A stretch of DNA of 64,000 nucleotides from Oscillospiraceae bacterium (GCA_015064385.1 SVSI01000006.1:29252-93251); one strand, 5' to 3'. Counted from the first letter of the stretch, positions 1 to 9,881 are shown. Program-made: numbers and translations. Notes: a model not told the origin generated them from the letters alone.

Positions 1-126
1 TCTTTTGAAAAAGCCGGTACGCTTTGCCGCGCTCAGTCGGTTACTGCCGTATTTTTCTCTTGATAGCTTTACCTGACCTTCGGTAAGGCCTCTGTGTTTT
101 GTATTGCCGTTTATACCGGAGAGCAT
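1..126 (-). CDS. Cation-transporting P-type ATPase, N-terminal fragment (gene runs off the window start)
   Basis: Not in the ORF track because it is open at the edge. Reverse-strand ATG at 126-124 is preceded by AGGA. 42 in-frame codons read MLSGINGNTKHRGLTEGQVKLSREKYGSNRLSAAKRTGFFKR, resembling the GL..EV..R...YG.N.L N-terminus of Ca2+/cation P-type ATPases. Confidence 0.45.
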   Translation of the reverse strand, partial: MLSGINGNTKHRGLTEGQVKLSREKYGSNRLSAAKRTGFFKR

Positions 127-193
127 AGCGATACCGTCCTTTTAATGATTATTTGGTTTAGTATATTCTGCTCGGACGGCTTTAATGACAAAG

Positions 194-224
194 AAAAAAC
201 CATCGGAAAATTCCGATGGTTTTT
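194..224. terminator. Bidirectional intrinsic terminator between the GH5-like gene and the ATPase gene start region
   Basis: Hairpin CCATCGG-aaaatt-CCGATGG (200-219) is flanked by an A-run and a T-run, immediately after the stop of the 228-1328 gene. Confidence 0.6.
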
Positions 225-227
225 ATG

Positions 228-1328
228 TTACCGTTTACTCGGATCGTGGCTGTCCGCGATCTTATTGAACTGCTCGATTATCTCGATCTCGTGCGGATCG
301 TACGGGCGGTAGTTTATTCTGAACAGGTCGTGCTGCCATTTGGTGAAATCGTAGTCAACGTCCTGCTTCGGATCGTAGTAGTTCTTCCAAAGCGACTCCC
401 ACGGCTCGTTGGTCTGAGTTTTACCCGCAACGAATCCCCAGCAGTAGCAAGCGATATTCTCAAGATAGAAGAGAGGATATATCTCTTTTACGTCGTTATG
501 GTTGATGCGGTTGAGCCACTCGGTACACATAAGAGGTCTTTCGAGCTTTCTCATTTCCTCTATCTGAAGAACGGTCTGAATATAGGAGCCGTAATAGTGG
601 AAGCTGATAACGTCCGAGAGTTCGATCGCGTGTTGCTCTTCGGCAAATTTACCCTTTCCGTTTTCAACCTTTCTCCAAACGTCTGCGGTAAGCGGCTGCT
701 TGGGATCGCACGCACGAACGGTCTCAAAAAGAAGGTCAAGAAGGGGGATCGAGCGCTCGCCGATCTGGTTACCGGGCTCGTTATAGACGTTCCAACAGAG
801 GATTCTGTCGTCGTCCTTATATTTAGTCACCGTCTCTCTGACCATTTCGAGGAATTTCGATCTGGTGGGCTCTCTTTCGAGAACGTGCCACGGCTTTTGG
901 GCAAGCTGCTCGGGGCTGAGCGGGAAGCGTCCCTGATGGTAGCCCTTTGCGTATATCTGCTCTCCGAGGGGCTTCGGAACGTACTCGTCCTCGCCTCTTG
1001 GCGGCTCTGCTTCGTGAGCGAGAACGTACATGACGGAAAGTCCGTGAGACGCCGCCATCGAGATATACTCCTCGAGCACGCTCATATAGCTTTCTCTTTC
1101 CTGAAGCCAAACGTCAAAATCGGAGATAAGACGGATGGTGTTAAATCCGATCTTTGCGGCGAGTGCCATTTCTGCGTCTGCCGTCTTCATTCTCTCCTTA
1201 CGTCCGTAGCTCTGCCACTTATCTCGGCGGTTAGCGCAGTCGCTTCCGATAAAATTACAACCTCTTATCCACGGATGAGAATTGTACCACTCCCACGCCT
1301 GTTCTTTTGTCCACTGTACTTTTGCCAT
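228..1328 (-). CDS. Clan GH-A (GH5-like) glycoside hydrolase
   Basis: 366-aa ORF with WNVYNEPG (NEP acid/base motif) and MCTEW (candidate nucleophile Glu). SD AAGGAAGG lies upstream of the ATG. Confidence 0.7.
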   Translation of the reverse strand: MAKVQWTKEQAWEWYNSHPWIRGCNFIGSDCANRRDKWQSYGRKERMKTADAEMALAAKIGFNTIRLISDFDVWLQERESYMSVLEEYISMAASHGLSVMYVLAHEAEPPRGEDEYVPKPLGEQIYAKGYHQGRFPLSPEQLAQKPWHVLEREPTRSKFLEMVRETVTKYKDDDRILCWNVYNEPGNQIGERSIPLLDLLFETVRACDPKQPLTADVWRKVENGKGKFAEEQHAIELSDVISFHYYGSYIQTVLQIEEMRKLERPLMCTEWLNRINHNDVKEIYPLFYLENIACYCWGFVAGKTQTNEPWESLWKNYYDPKQDVDYDFTKWQHDLFRINYRPYDPHEIEIIEQFNKIADSHDPSKR

Positions 1329-1353
1329 TGTTTAGTACCTTCCTTATGTACTT

Positions 1354-2442
1354 TTATTTTTCTGCGATCTTTTTGCAATAGGTTTTCATAAGCTTTTTGA
1401 AATCGCTTTTGTTTTCCGTTTTAGTTTCCGAAAGCATACGCTTTACGCGGTATTTTACCGCGTTTTCCGATATGTAAGCTCTCTCGCTTATCGCGGCGTA
1501 CGGCATCTCGTTTATTATGCCGGAAATTATCTTTATATCGGTGCCGTCACATCTCGTGAGGAAATTTTCGATATTCATAAGCTCGCCAACGTCCGCATCA
1601 CCGTAAAAGTAATTTTCGTCCGCCGCGTGACTTTTCAGCGTCAGCTTTTGCCTTTTGACACTTTTGTGCTCGGTGGTGTCTCCTAAAATAAGCTCGCACG
1701 GTATCGTCATCTGCACGTTTATATCCACCTCGCTTTTTACAAGGTAAGCGTACATAGATACCGACTGACGTCCGAGCTCAACGTCGTTAAGAGTCATCGA
1801 AGTGATCGTATGTGAAAAATATCTTCCTATGAGCAAATTGCCAAAACCGATGATATAAATATCCTCGGGGACTCTTATGCCGTCCGCTTCAAGACGGCGA
1901 ATAAGTGCTACTGCGGCAATATCGTTCGCGCAGATGACAGCATCGTAGTCCGAGATCCTTGCCTTCAAGCGCAAGTAGCACTCGGAAAGCGAGTCGTCAC
2001 TTATATAAACGTCTTTTTCGGAAAGACCGTATTCGATAAAGCTCTTATGCTTGGTGGTATCGGTGATCGAGTTGGGATTTATCGCAAAAAGAGCGATCCG
2101 CTTTTTATCACACGCGTGAAGATACTGTATGCACTCGTAAGTAGCGCAGGCGTAGTCTATGAGGATATAGCTCGTCTCGGGGACGATCTCGGTCGGCTGA
2201 CAGTTAAGCACGACGCCGCGTATAGAATGATCCCAAAGCTCACAAAGAGTTTTGTTTATCCACGAGTTTGCCGTTCCCACGAGTATGGCAACCTTTTTCT
2301 GACCTTCAAAGTCGATATCAAAATCCTTCATCTCGCAGATCTCGTGCTTGAGCTCGGAGGCGCGATGCTTCATTCCGTCCAAAATGGCTTTTCCCCATAC
2401 GGTCTCTGCAAAATCGTCTTCGACAACTATAAATATCTTCAC
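1354..2442 (-). CDS. Transcriptional regulator: LacI/RbsB-type sugar-binding fold with C-terminal LuxR/GerE-like HTH
   Basis: ORF track gives 1354-2451. I prefer the GTG at 2442, which has GGAGG 8 nt upstream. There is no N-terminal LacI HTH. The C-terminus AISERAYISENAVKYRVKRML looks like a LuxR-type HTH. Confidence 0.6.
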   Translation of the reverse strand: MKIFIVVEDDFAETVWGKAILDGMKHRASELKHEICEMKDFDIDFEGQKKVAILVGTANSWINKTLCELWDHSIRGVVLNCQPTEIVPETSYILIDYACATYECIQYLHACDKKRIALFAINPNSITDTTKHKSFIEYGLSEKDVYISDDSLSECYLRLKARISDYDAVICANDIAAVALIRRLEADGIRVPEDIYIIGFGNLLIGRYFSHTITSMTLNDVELGRQSVSMYAYLVKSEVDINVQMTIPCELILGDTTEHKSVKRQKLTLKSHAADENYFYGDADVGELMNIENFLTRCDGTDIKIISGIINEMPYAAISERAYISENAVKYRVKRMLSETKTENKSDFKKLMKTYCKKIAEK

Positions 2443-2607
2443 CGCTTGCACCTCCTTTTTTTATAAGTATATCACTTATTTACCTCAAAATCAAGCGTAT
2501 AAAGTACAAAACGGAACGGATTTTATCCCTTTTTATTTATCTTGACAGATCATTTTGCATCAGTTAAAATAAGGATAAAATGAAAAACCCTTCAAGGAGA
2601 TATTTTT

Positions 2608-5600
2608 ATGAGCGTCACACTAAAAAAAGAAAAACGCATAATACCCACGTACGTTCCCGGCAAGGCGGAAGAGCTTCCCATGTTCTTCGAGAACCGTCCC
2701 TATCAGGGCGCTTCGGGAAAGGTATATCCCATTCCCTACTCCGACTCTGTTTCGGACGAAAAAAGTGACGTTAAATACGACGTATATACTCTTGAAAACG
2801 AGTATGTAAAGACTGACGTTCTTCCCGAAATCGGCGGAAAGATCCTTCGCGCATACGACAAGATCGGCTCCTACGATTTCATTTACTACAATGAGGTAAT
2901 AAAGCCCGCACTCGTCGGTCTTGCAGGTCCCTGGATCTCGGGCGGTATTGAGTTCAACTGGCCTCAGCACCACCGTCCCACGACCTATATGCCTCTCGAG
3001 GCAACCGTTGAAGACGACTCTGACGGAAGCCGTACCGTTTGGGTAGGCGAGGTTGAGCCGATGAACCGTCTCAAGGGTATGGCGGGAGTCACCGTATGCC
3101 CCGGACGCAGCTTTATCAAGGCAAAAATAAAGGTATATAACCGCACAAACGTGCCTCAGCTCTTTATGTGGTGGGCAAACCTTGCCGCTCCCGGAACAAA
3201 GGGCTACCGCACCATATTTCCGCCGGACGTTGAGTGGGTAAACGACCACGACCGCCGCGCGATCCTCTCGTGGCCTATCGCCAAGGGAATATACAAGACC
3301 GCACGTCCCTTTAACTACGGCGAGGGTACGGACATCTCCCGCTACGACGCGATAAAGGTCCCCTCCTCTTTCCTCGTTTCGCAGGGACAGTCCGATCTCG
3401 ATTTCGTTGGCGGATACGACGAAGACCTGAACAAGGGTCTGGTTACCGTTGCAGACCATCACATCTCCCCCGGAAAGAAGCTCTGGCACTGGGGTAAGGG
3501 TGATTTCGGTGATATGTGGTGTTCCAACCTTACCGACGAAAACGGCCCTTACGTTGAGCTTATGACCGGTGTTTACACCGACAACCAGCCCGACTTCACC
3601 TGGCTTGCTCCTTACGAGAGCCGCGAGTTCGAGCAGTACTGGTACCCCATCCGCGACATCGGTGACGTAAAGAACGCAACCATCGACGCGGCGATCAACG
3701 TTGAAAAGCGCGGAGACGACGTTTTCGTAGGTCTCAACGCTACCGGTACCTTTGAGAACGCAAAGGTCATCGTTAAAGACAAAAACGGTGAGATATTCAG
3801 CGAAACTATCACGATTTCTCCCGACAAGGCATATCTCAAAACTATTTCCGCAAAGGATATTGATATAAACGACGTCAGCGCTTCGCTCGTTTGCGAAAAC
3901 GGAAAGGTGCTCGTTTCCCATACTCCCTACATCCGCGGCAACAAGCAGCCCATCGAGGTAAGAAAGCCCGTAAAGCGTCCCTCGGAGATCGAGACCGTCG
4001 AGGAGCTTTACATCAACGGATACCATCTTGAGCAGTACAAGCAGCACAACTACCGCGCTCGCGACTACTATCTTGAAGGTCTTGCAAGAGACAACGGAGA
4101 TATCCGCTGTAACACCTCTATGGCACGTCTTTCCTACCGCGCAGGCGAATACGAAAAGTGCGTAGAGTACGCTGACAAGGCGATCGCCCGTCTGACCTCG
4201 AGAAACCAGCATCCTACCGACACCGAGGCGTTCTACTTAAAGGGACTCTCCCTTAAGGCACTCGGAAAGATATCCGAGGCGTACGATGCCCTCTTCAGAG
4301 CCGCTTGGAACTACTCGCACCGCGCGTGCGCTTATCTTGAGCTTGCGTCCATCGACTGTGCAGACGGAAAGTACGCAGACGCTCTTGAAAAGCTCGATAC
4401 CGTTATCTCGCTCGGCAAAAACAACTCTGTTGCAAACGGACTTAAGGCCGCTATACTCAGAAAGCTCGGTCAGAACGATGCTGCAAAAGAGGTGGCAAAG
4501 GCGGCACGTGCATATGATCCGCTCGACCTGCGCGCAATATTCGAGCTTTCTCACTACGAGAATATGACCGATACCATCGCATATTTCGCAGAAAAGCCCG
4601 AAAATATCCTCGACATCGTCATTGAGTATATATCCGAAGGTCTTTACGATGACGCGCTCTGTGCGCTCGGTTTTGCAGACGAAAGCTATCCTCTCACCTG
4701 CTACTACCGCGCATACCTTCTCTCGCTTATGGGTAAGGACAGTACAGACGAAATAAAGAAGGCAGAAGCGTGCCGTCTCGGATACTGCTTCCCCAACCGT
4801 CTCTCCGATATCGCCGCACTTGAGTACGCTATAAATTCTTGTGACAAGTCGGCAAATGCAAGCTACCTGCTCGGATGTCTCCTTTACGATAAGGAAAGAT
4901 ACGAGGACGCTATTTCCGCTTGGGAAAGATGCGTAGCTATCGACGAAAAACACGCAGAAGCATACCGTGCGCTCGCTCTTGCATACTTTGACAAGAGAGG
5001 AGATGCGGAAAGTGCAAAGATCAGTATGAAGAAGGCACTTGAGACTAAGAAGACCTCTCCGAGAATGCTTATGGAGTACGAGCAGCTTCTCAAGAACTCG
5101 AATGCATCGACCGACGAGCGTCTCGCACTTTACGACGCATATCCCGAGCTTTTGGCACAGCGCGACGACTGCTATCTCGACAAGGTTATCCTTCACACGC
5201 TTAAGGGCGAGTACAAGAAGGCAATAGATATGGCTGCCGCAAAGCGCTTCCATATTTACGAGGGCGGCGAGGGACGTCTCACCAAGCAGCACTCCTGGAT
5301 GTTCCTGCTCTACGCTCTTACCCTTGAAAACGAGGGCAAGATCGAAGAGGCAAAGGAATTCTTTAGACGCGCTACGATAGTTCCGAAGAGCTACGGAGAA
5401 GCAAAGACCTTCTTTAATCAGGAGGCACACGTCTTCTACTATCTCGGTCTTATGCTTGAAAAGCTCGGCGAAAAGGACGAAGCAATGAAAGCGTTCGAGG
5501 AGGCGTCGATATACAAGGCGGCTGTTTCCGAGCTTTCCGCATTCCGTGCGCTTGCTCTTAAGAAGCTTGGACGCACCTCCGAGGCGAACGAGGTAACTGC

Positions 5601-5853
5601 AGAAATGATCGCGGTAGCCGACGACAAGATCAAAAACAGCGATCTTCGTACCTACTACGGAGTAGGATCCCCCTCTCCAATGCCCTTTGAGAACGACATC
5701 GTTAAGAACAATCTTCTCAGCGCCTACATTCTCAAGGCGTTCGCACTTCGTGCAAAGGGAGAAGATGCCGAGGCAGACAAATATATTGCCCTTGCAAGTG
5801 AAATTTCTCCTTACGCATTTGAGATCCACGCTTACAGAGTCGTTTTCGGCTGA
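2608..5853 (+). CDS. DUF5107-like domain protein with C-terminal TPR-like repeats
   Basis: 1081-aa ORF with SD AAGGAG. The N-terminal ~450 aa (GGIEFNWPQHHRP and surrounding) match my recollection of DUF5107. The C-terminal ~600 aa are helical TPR-like repeats. Confidence 0.65.
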   Translation: MSVTLKKEKRIIPTYVPGKAEELPMFFENRPYQGASGKVYPIPYSDSVSDEKSDVKYDVYTLENEYVKTDVLPEIGGKILRAYDKIGSYDFIYYNEVIKPALVGLAGPWISGGIEFNWPQHHRPTTYMPLEATVEDDSDGSRTVWVGEVEPMNRLKGMAGVTVCPGRSFIKAKIKVYNRTNVPQLFMWWANLAAPGTKGYRTIFPPDVEWVNDHDRRAILSWPIAKGIYKTARPFNYGEGTDISRYDAIKVPSSFLVSQGQSDLDFVGGYDEDLNKGLVTVADHHISPGKKLWHWGKGDFGDMWCSNLTDENGPYVELMTGVYTDNQPDFTWLAPYESREFEQYWYPIRDIGDVKNATIDAAINVEKRGDDVFVGLNATGTFENAKVIVKDKNGEIFSETITISPDKAYLKTISAKDIDINDVSASLVCENGKVLVSHTPYIRGNKQPIEVRKPVKRPSEIETVEELYINGYHLEQYKQHNYRARDYYLEGLARDNGDIRCNTSMARLSYRAGEYEKCVEYADKAIARLTSRNQHPTDTEAFYLKGLSLKALGKISEAYDALFRAAWNYSHRACAYLELASIDCADGKYADALEKLDTVISLGKNNSVANGLKAAILRKLGQNDAAKEVAKAARAYDPLDLRAIFELSHYENMTDTIAYFAEKPENILDIVIEYISEGLYDDALCALGFADESYPLTCYYRAYLLSLMGKDSTDEIKKAEACRLGYCFPNRLSDIAALEYAINSCDKSANASYLLGCLLYDKERYEDAISAWERCVAIDEKHAEAYRALALAYFDKRGDAESAKISMKKALETKKTSPRMLMEYEQLLKNSNASTDERLALYDAYPELLAQRDDCYLDKVILHTLKGEYKKAIDMAAAKRFHIYEGGEGRLTKQHSWMFLLYALTLENEGKIEEAKEFFRRATIVPKSYGEAKTFFNQEAHVFYYLGLMLEKLGEKDEAMKAFEEASIYKAAVSELSAFRALALKKLGRTSEANEVTAEMIAVADDKIKNSDLRTYYGVGSPSPMPFENDIVKNNLLSAYILKAFALRAKGEDAEADKYIALASEISPYAFEIHAYRVVFG

Positions 5854-5864
5854 TATAAAAATAA

Positions 5865-5898
5865 TAAAAAAGCAGGAGGATTCTCCTGCTTTTTATTA
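5865..5898. terminator. Bidirectional intrinsic terminator between convergent genes
   Basis: AAAAAA-GCAGGAG-gatt-CTCCTGC-TTTTTATT lies between the two stop codons. Confidence 0.7.
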
Positions 5899-7155
5899 TT
5901 TTACTTTTTCTTGTCCGTGTCTATCTTTGTTACGCTGATCGTTATGTACTCTTGCGCTTGATGCACCGTCGGGAACGATATCTCCCGCCTTGGTGAGCGC
6001 GATCTTCGTGAGCATGGGTCCGATAAGCTCGTAGATGAGAACACCGAAAAGTACTATATTTCTTATAAGCACTCCGTCCGCACCGAGCGCCCCCTCTGCC
6101 TGAAGGGACATTCCGAGTGCAACGCCTGCCTGCGGAAGAAGAGTGACTCCGAGATATTTCTTGATCGTGGGACTTGAGCCGGCGATCATCGAGCTTCCGA
6201 ACGCACCGAAATATTTTCCCGCGGATCTGGCAAGAATATAGAGAACTCCCGCAATTATTACCGATACGCTTCCGAACACCGCAAAGTCAAGCTCCGCACC
6301 GCTGAGAACGAAGAACAGAATAAAGAGAGGTGCCGTCCATTTGTCCGCTCTCTCCATAAGCTCCTCGGAAAAATCGCAGAGGTTGCAGAATATCGTTCCG
6401 AGCATCATACAAACGAGAAGGGGCGAAAATCCGATATGAACGTCGCCGAACTCGAATTTAAGCATTGAGATCGCAACGGTGAGAAGAACGTACGTTATAG
6501 AGATAGAAAGACGCTTACTGTTAGATCTGTAAAACTTTTCGGTGAAGGTGAATATCCAGCCCATAACTGCGCCGAGAACAAGGGATGCAACGATCTCGAT
6601 AAGGGGATTTACCACTACCGAAATTACGTTTATCGCTCCTCCGCCCGCTACTGCCTTTGCAACACCGAACGAGACTGCGAAGATAACGAGTCCGACCGCG
6701 TCGTCAAGTGCAACTACAGGGAGAAGAAGATCGGTGAGCGGTCCCTTTGCCTTATACTGCTTTACGACCATAAGCGTTGCCGCAGGTGCGGTTGCAGACG
6801 CTATTGCGCCCAGAACTATCGCTACGGGAACAGAGATCCATCCGGTCGCAAGAGAAAAGGCGATAAGCACACCGTCCACCACTAAAGTAGTGATAACTGC
6901 CTGAAGGATTCCTATTATAGTTGCCTGTCTTCCCGTATGCTTTAGCTGAGAAAGACGGAATTCGTTTCCTATTGAGAATGCAATGAAGCCGAGTGCAACG
7001 TCCGATATTATTTTAAGAGCGTTAACTGCCTCTATCGAGGGAAATCCGAGTCCCTCAATGCCGAGACGGCCGAGACAAAATGGACCTATAATTATTCCTG
7101 CAACAAGATAAGCTGTAACTGCAGGTAATTTTAGTAGTTTTGCGGGACGCGACAT
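5896..7155 (-). CDS. Cation:proton antiporter (CPA2/Kef-type Na+/H+ exchanger family)
   Basis: 419-aa polytopic membrane ORF with the KLPAVTAYLVAGIIIGPF motif. The N-terminus looks truncated; a likely original start at 7222 is disrupted by a homopolymer frameshift (see findings). Confidence 0.8.
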   Translation of the reverse strand: MSRPAKLLKLPAVTAYLVAGIIIGPFCLGRLGIEGLGFPSIEAVNALKIISDVALGFIAFSIGNEFRLSQLKHTGRQATIIGILQAVITTLVVDGVLIAFSLATGWISVPVAIVLGAIASATAPAATLMVVKQYKAKGPLTDLLLPVVALDDAVGLVIFAVSFGVAKAVAGGGAINVISVVVNPLIEIVASLVLGAVMGWIFTFTEKFYRSNSKRLSISITYVLLTVAISMLKFEFGDVHIGFSPLLVCMMLGTIFCNLCDFSEELMERADKWTAPLFILFFVLSGAELDFAVFGSVSVIIAGVLYILARSAGKYFGAFGSSMIAGSSPTIKKYLGVTLLPQAGVALGMSLQAEGALGADGVLIRNIVLFGVLIYELIGPMLTKIALTKAGDIVPDGASSARVHNDQRNKDRHGQEKVK

Positions 7156-7510
7156 AATAAGTCCTACAAGAAGTGCGATCGCAACGGATAGAATTGTATT
7201 CGTAAAAAACGCCTCTTTTCATAATTATAATAGTGTCAAAATTCAAACCAAGACTTATATTAACACCTATACACCAAAAAGTCAATAGTAAAATTAAATT
7301 TTTTCACTTGAAAGACACCAAAAACTACAAAAATGTGACAACGCCGACAAAAACTCGTCCGTTTTCTTACTTTATTTTTCCACTATTCGGTATTATAATG
7401 ATATTAGTGCAATATGAAAAGCAAATTTCAACGTTTTTTGTTCAAAATGCACATTAAAACTCCGCAATAAACCAACAAAACTACTTTTTCGAGGCGGTGA
7501 ACAATCCAAC

Positions 7511-8386
7511 ATGCACAAAAATCACACTTTATTCCCCGGATCTACTCTTACGGAGTACTGTACTGCGGGAAAATTCCACTCAGAAAAAGACCCTATGACT
7601 CATAAGCGTCGCACTATCGACAGCTTCGTAATTCTTTACGGAGTAAGCGGGAACGTCCATATAACCGATACGGTAAACGAATACCGTCTCTCACGCGACA
7701 ACTACCTCATACTCACCGCAAACCGCGAGCACTACGGAACCAAGGAGTCCCCTCCCGGTGTTTCCTACTATTGGTGCCACTTCTACGTAAACGGCGAATA
7801 CGAGCTTGAGACCGATGCAGAAAATAACGAATATCTCGTTTTCGGCGAAGATCGTTCGTACAGAATTCCCCTTTTCGGAAAGATCGACCAGAGCGAGCAG
7901 ATGCATCTGCTCTTTCAGCAGCTCGTTGATTCTTCACGCTCTCCATCGACATTCTCAAAAACGATATGCGGAAACTTCCTTGAGATAATCCTGCTTGAGC
8001 TTGTATTCGGCGAATGCAACTCGAAAGCTGATTCGTCACATTCACAGGAGGCAACGGTAGCCACTATAATCGAGTGGATAAAGCTCAACGCTGCCGACAT
8101 AAAGCGTGTTTCAGACATTGCTACCTATTTCGGATACAACAGCGAATATCTTACCACGCTGGTCAAAAAGGTAACGTCAAAATCCCTGGTTGACCACATA
8201 ACCGAAAGCAGAATAAGCATCGCGAAAAAGTATCTGCGCACGACCGACATGGATATTGCGGAGATAGCGTACAAGTGCGGATTCTCGGACGATAAGTATT
8301 TCTTCAGAGTATTCAAAAAGCTCTGCAATATGAGTCCGGGAACGTACAGAAAAACCTATTCAAATTACGGACACGGCTCAAAATGA
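7511..8386 (+). CDS. AraC-family transcriptional regulator (cupin N-domain + AraC HTH), likely rhamnose regulator
   Basis: 291 aa with a C-terminal AraC-type HTH (IAYKCGFSDDKYFFRVFKKLCNMSPGTYRK). It lies directly upstream of rhaBAD. Confidence 0.8.
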   Translation: MHKNHTLFPGSTLTEYCTAGKFHSEKDPMTHKRRTIDSFVILYGVSGNVHITDTVNEYRLSRDNYLILTANREHYGTKESPPGVSYYWCHFYVNGEYELETDAENNEYLVFGEDRSYRIPLFGKIDQSEQMHLLFQQLVDSSRSPSTFSKTICGNFLEIILLELVFGECNSKADSSHSQEATVATIIEWIKLNAADIKRVSDIATYFGYNSEYLTTLVKKVTSKSLVDHITESRISIAKKYLRTTDMDIAEIAYKCGFSDDKYFFRVFKKLCNMSPGTYRKTYSNYGHGSK

Positions 8387-8449
8387 TCGCCGGTAGTAAA
8401 ATTTTATCAATATTTACGTTCTCTGATAAGAAAAAGTAAAAAAATACTA

Positions 8450-8478
8450 TTGAAACCTCTTTCACGTTATGTTATAGT
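8450..8478 (+). promoter_or_regulatory. Candidate sigma-A promoter of rhaBAD
   Basis: TTGAAA (8450-8455), 17-nt spacer, TATAGT (8473-8478) with an upstream TGn extended -10. It sits 32 nt before the rhaB start. Confidence 0.5.
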
Positions 8479-8509
8479 AAGCGTAACTAATATGAAAGAG
8501 GTTATTTTT

Positions 8510-9880
8510 ATGTCATACTGTCTTGCAATAGACATCGGCGCTTCGAGCGGACGCCATCTGCTCGGCGAGCTCCGCGACGGAAAGCTAGTTTGCGAGGAGG
8601 TTTACCGTTTTGAAAACGGAATGAAAAAAGAGGGTTCATCTCTTTTGTGGGATACCGACTCGCTTGTATCCAACGTTATAAGCGGACTGCGTCACTGCAA
8701 AGAGATCGGAAAAATACCCGAAACCGTTGCAATAGATACATGGGGCGTTGATTACGTTCTACTTGATAAGCGAGGTAGAGAGATCTCTCCCGCTTACGCT
8801 TATCGCGATAGCCGCACCTCAAAAATTCCCGAAGAAGTGTTCGAAATAATTCCTCAGGAAAAGCTTTACGCCAAAACAGGTATTCAGAAGCAGGACTACA
8901 ACTCTATATTCCAGATTTACTGCGACAAGAAGGCAGGCAGACTTGATTCTGCCAAGAGTCTGCTCTTTATGCCCTGCTATCTTTCCTACAAACTCACAGG
9001 GGTTATGAAAAACGAATACACCATAGCTACCACGAGCGGACTTGTAAATGCCAAGACGAAAACTTGGGACGGCGAGATACTTGAAAAGCTCGGTATAAGC
9101 GAGAGTCTTCTCGGCGAAATAATTTTGCCGTCAACCGAGCTCGGCGAGCTCAGCCAGGAAGTTGCAAAAGAGGTCGGATTTAACTGCAAGGTCGTTCTCT
9201 GCCCCTCGCACGACACCGCATCTGCGGTTGCCGCATGTCCGGTAAACGAAAAGAGCGTATTCATCTCCTCGGGCACGTGGAGTCTTGTCGGAACGGAAAA
9301 TCTTTATCCGGTAACCGACGAGGGCGCAATGAAGGCAAACTTCTCAAACGAGGGTGGAATAAACTACCGTTACAGGTTTCTCAAAAACATTATGGGTATG
9401 TGGCTTTTCCAGAGTATCAGAAAGGATACCGGCAAAAAGTACAGCTACGACGAGATGATGGAAATGGCGATGTCAAGCTCCTTCACCGAGAAAATAGACC
9501 CGACGAGCGAGGCGTTCCTTGCTCCCGACAATATGATCGAGGCAATACGCGCATATCTCGGAAAGCCCGAGCTTCCGCTCGGCGACGTTCTGAGCAGCGT
9601 CTATCACTCGCTTGCCGCAAGCTACGACAAAACCGTAAAGGAGATCGAGGAGATCTCCGGCAAGACCGTTGACACGGTCAGTATCGTCGGCGGCGGCTGC
9701 AAGGACAGATATTTAAACTCGCTTACCAAGAAATATACCGGCAAGCGAGTTACAGCAGGTCCGGTTGAGGGCACCGCACTCGGAAATATGCTTTCTCAGC
9801 TTATGTATACAGATCCGGGGCTCACGCTTGAAGCTGCGAGAAAGATTATTATAAACACATTCGATATTAAAGAGGTATAA
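8510..9880 (+). CDS. rhaB: Rhamnulokinase
   Basis: ORF track starts at 8450. The ATG at 8510 has AAAGAGG upstream and gives MSYCLAIDIGASSGRH, the FGGY kinase N-terminus typical of RhaB. The gene is in the rhaBAD context. Confidence 0.9.
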   Translation: MSYCLAIDIGASSGRHLLGELRDGKLVCEEVYRFENGMKKEGSSLLWDTDSLVSNVISGLRHCKEIGKIPETVAIDTWGVDYVLLDKRGREISPAYAYRDSRTSKIPEEVFEIIPQEKLYAKTGIQKQDYNSIFQIYCDKKAGRLDSAKSLLFMPCYLSYKLTGVMKNEYTIATTSGLVNAKTKTWDGEILEKLGISESLLGEIILPSTELGELSQEVAKEVGFNCKVVLCPSHDTASAVAACPVNEKSVFISSGTWSLVGTENLYPVTDEGAMKANFSNEGGINYRYRFLKNIMGMWLFQSIRKDTGKKYSYDEMMEMAMSSSFTEKIDPTSEAFLAPDNMIEAIRAYLGKPELPLGDVLSSVYHSLAASYDKTVKEIEEISGKTVDTVSIVGGGCKDRYLNSLTKKYTGKRVTAGPVEGTALGNMLSQLMYTDPGLTLEAARKIIINTFDIKEV

Positions 9881-9881
9881 T

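Noticed and set aside
2620-5829. Two 530-aa minus-strand ORFs (2620-4212, 4237-5829) opposite the DUF5107/TPR gene.
   Set aside because: They are antisense shadow ORFs with no start context and no recognisable domains. The plus-strand 1081-aa ORF is continuous and has conserved motifs.
7223-7245. TTGACA...TATAAT-like hexamers directly upstream of the ATG at 7222 (minus strand: TTGACActatTATAATt-ATG).
   Set aside because: The hexamers are only 4 nt apart, so they cannot form a functional -35/-10 pair. I do not call this a promoter.
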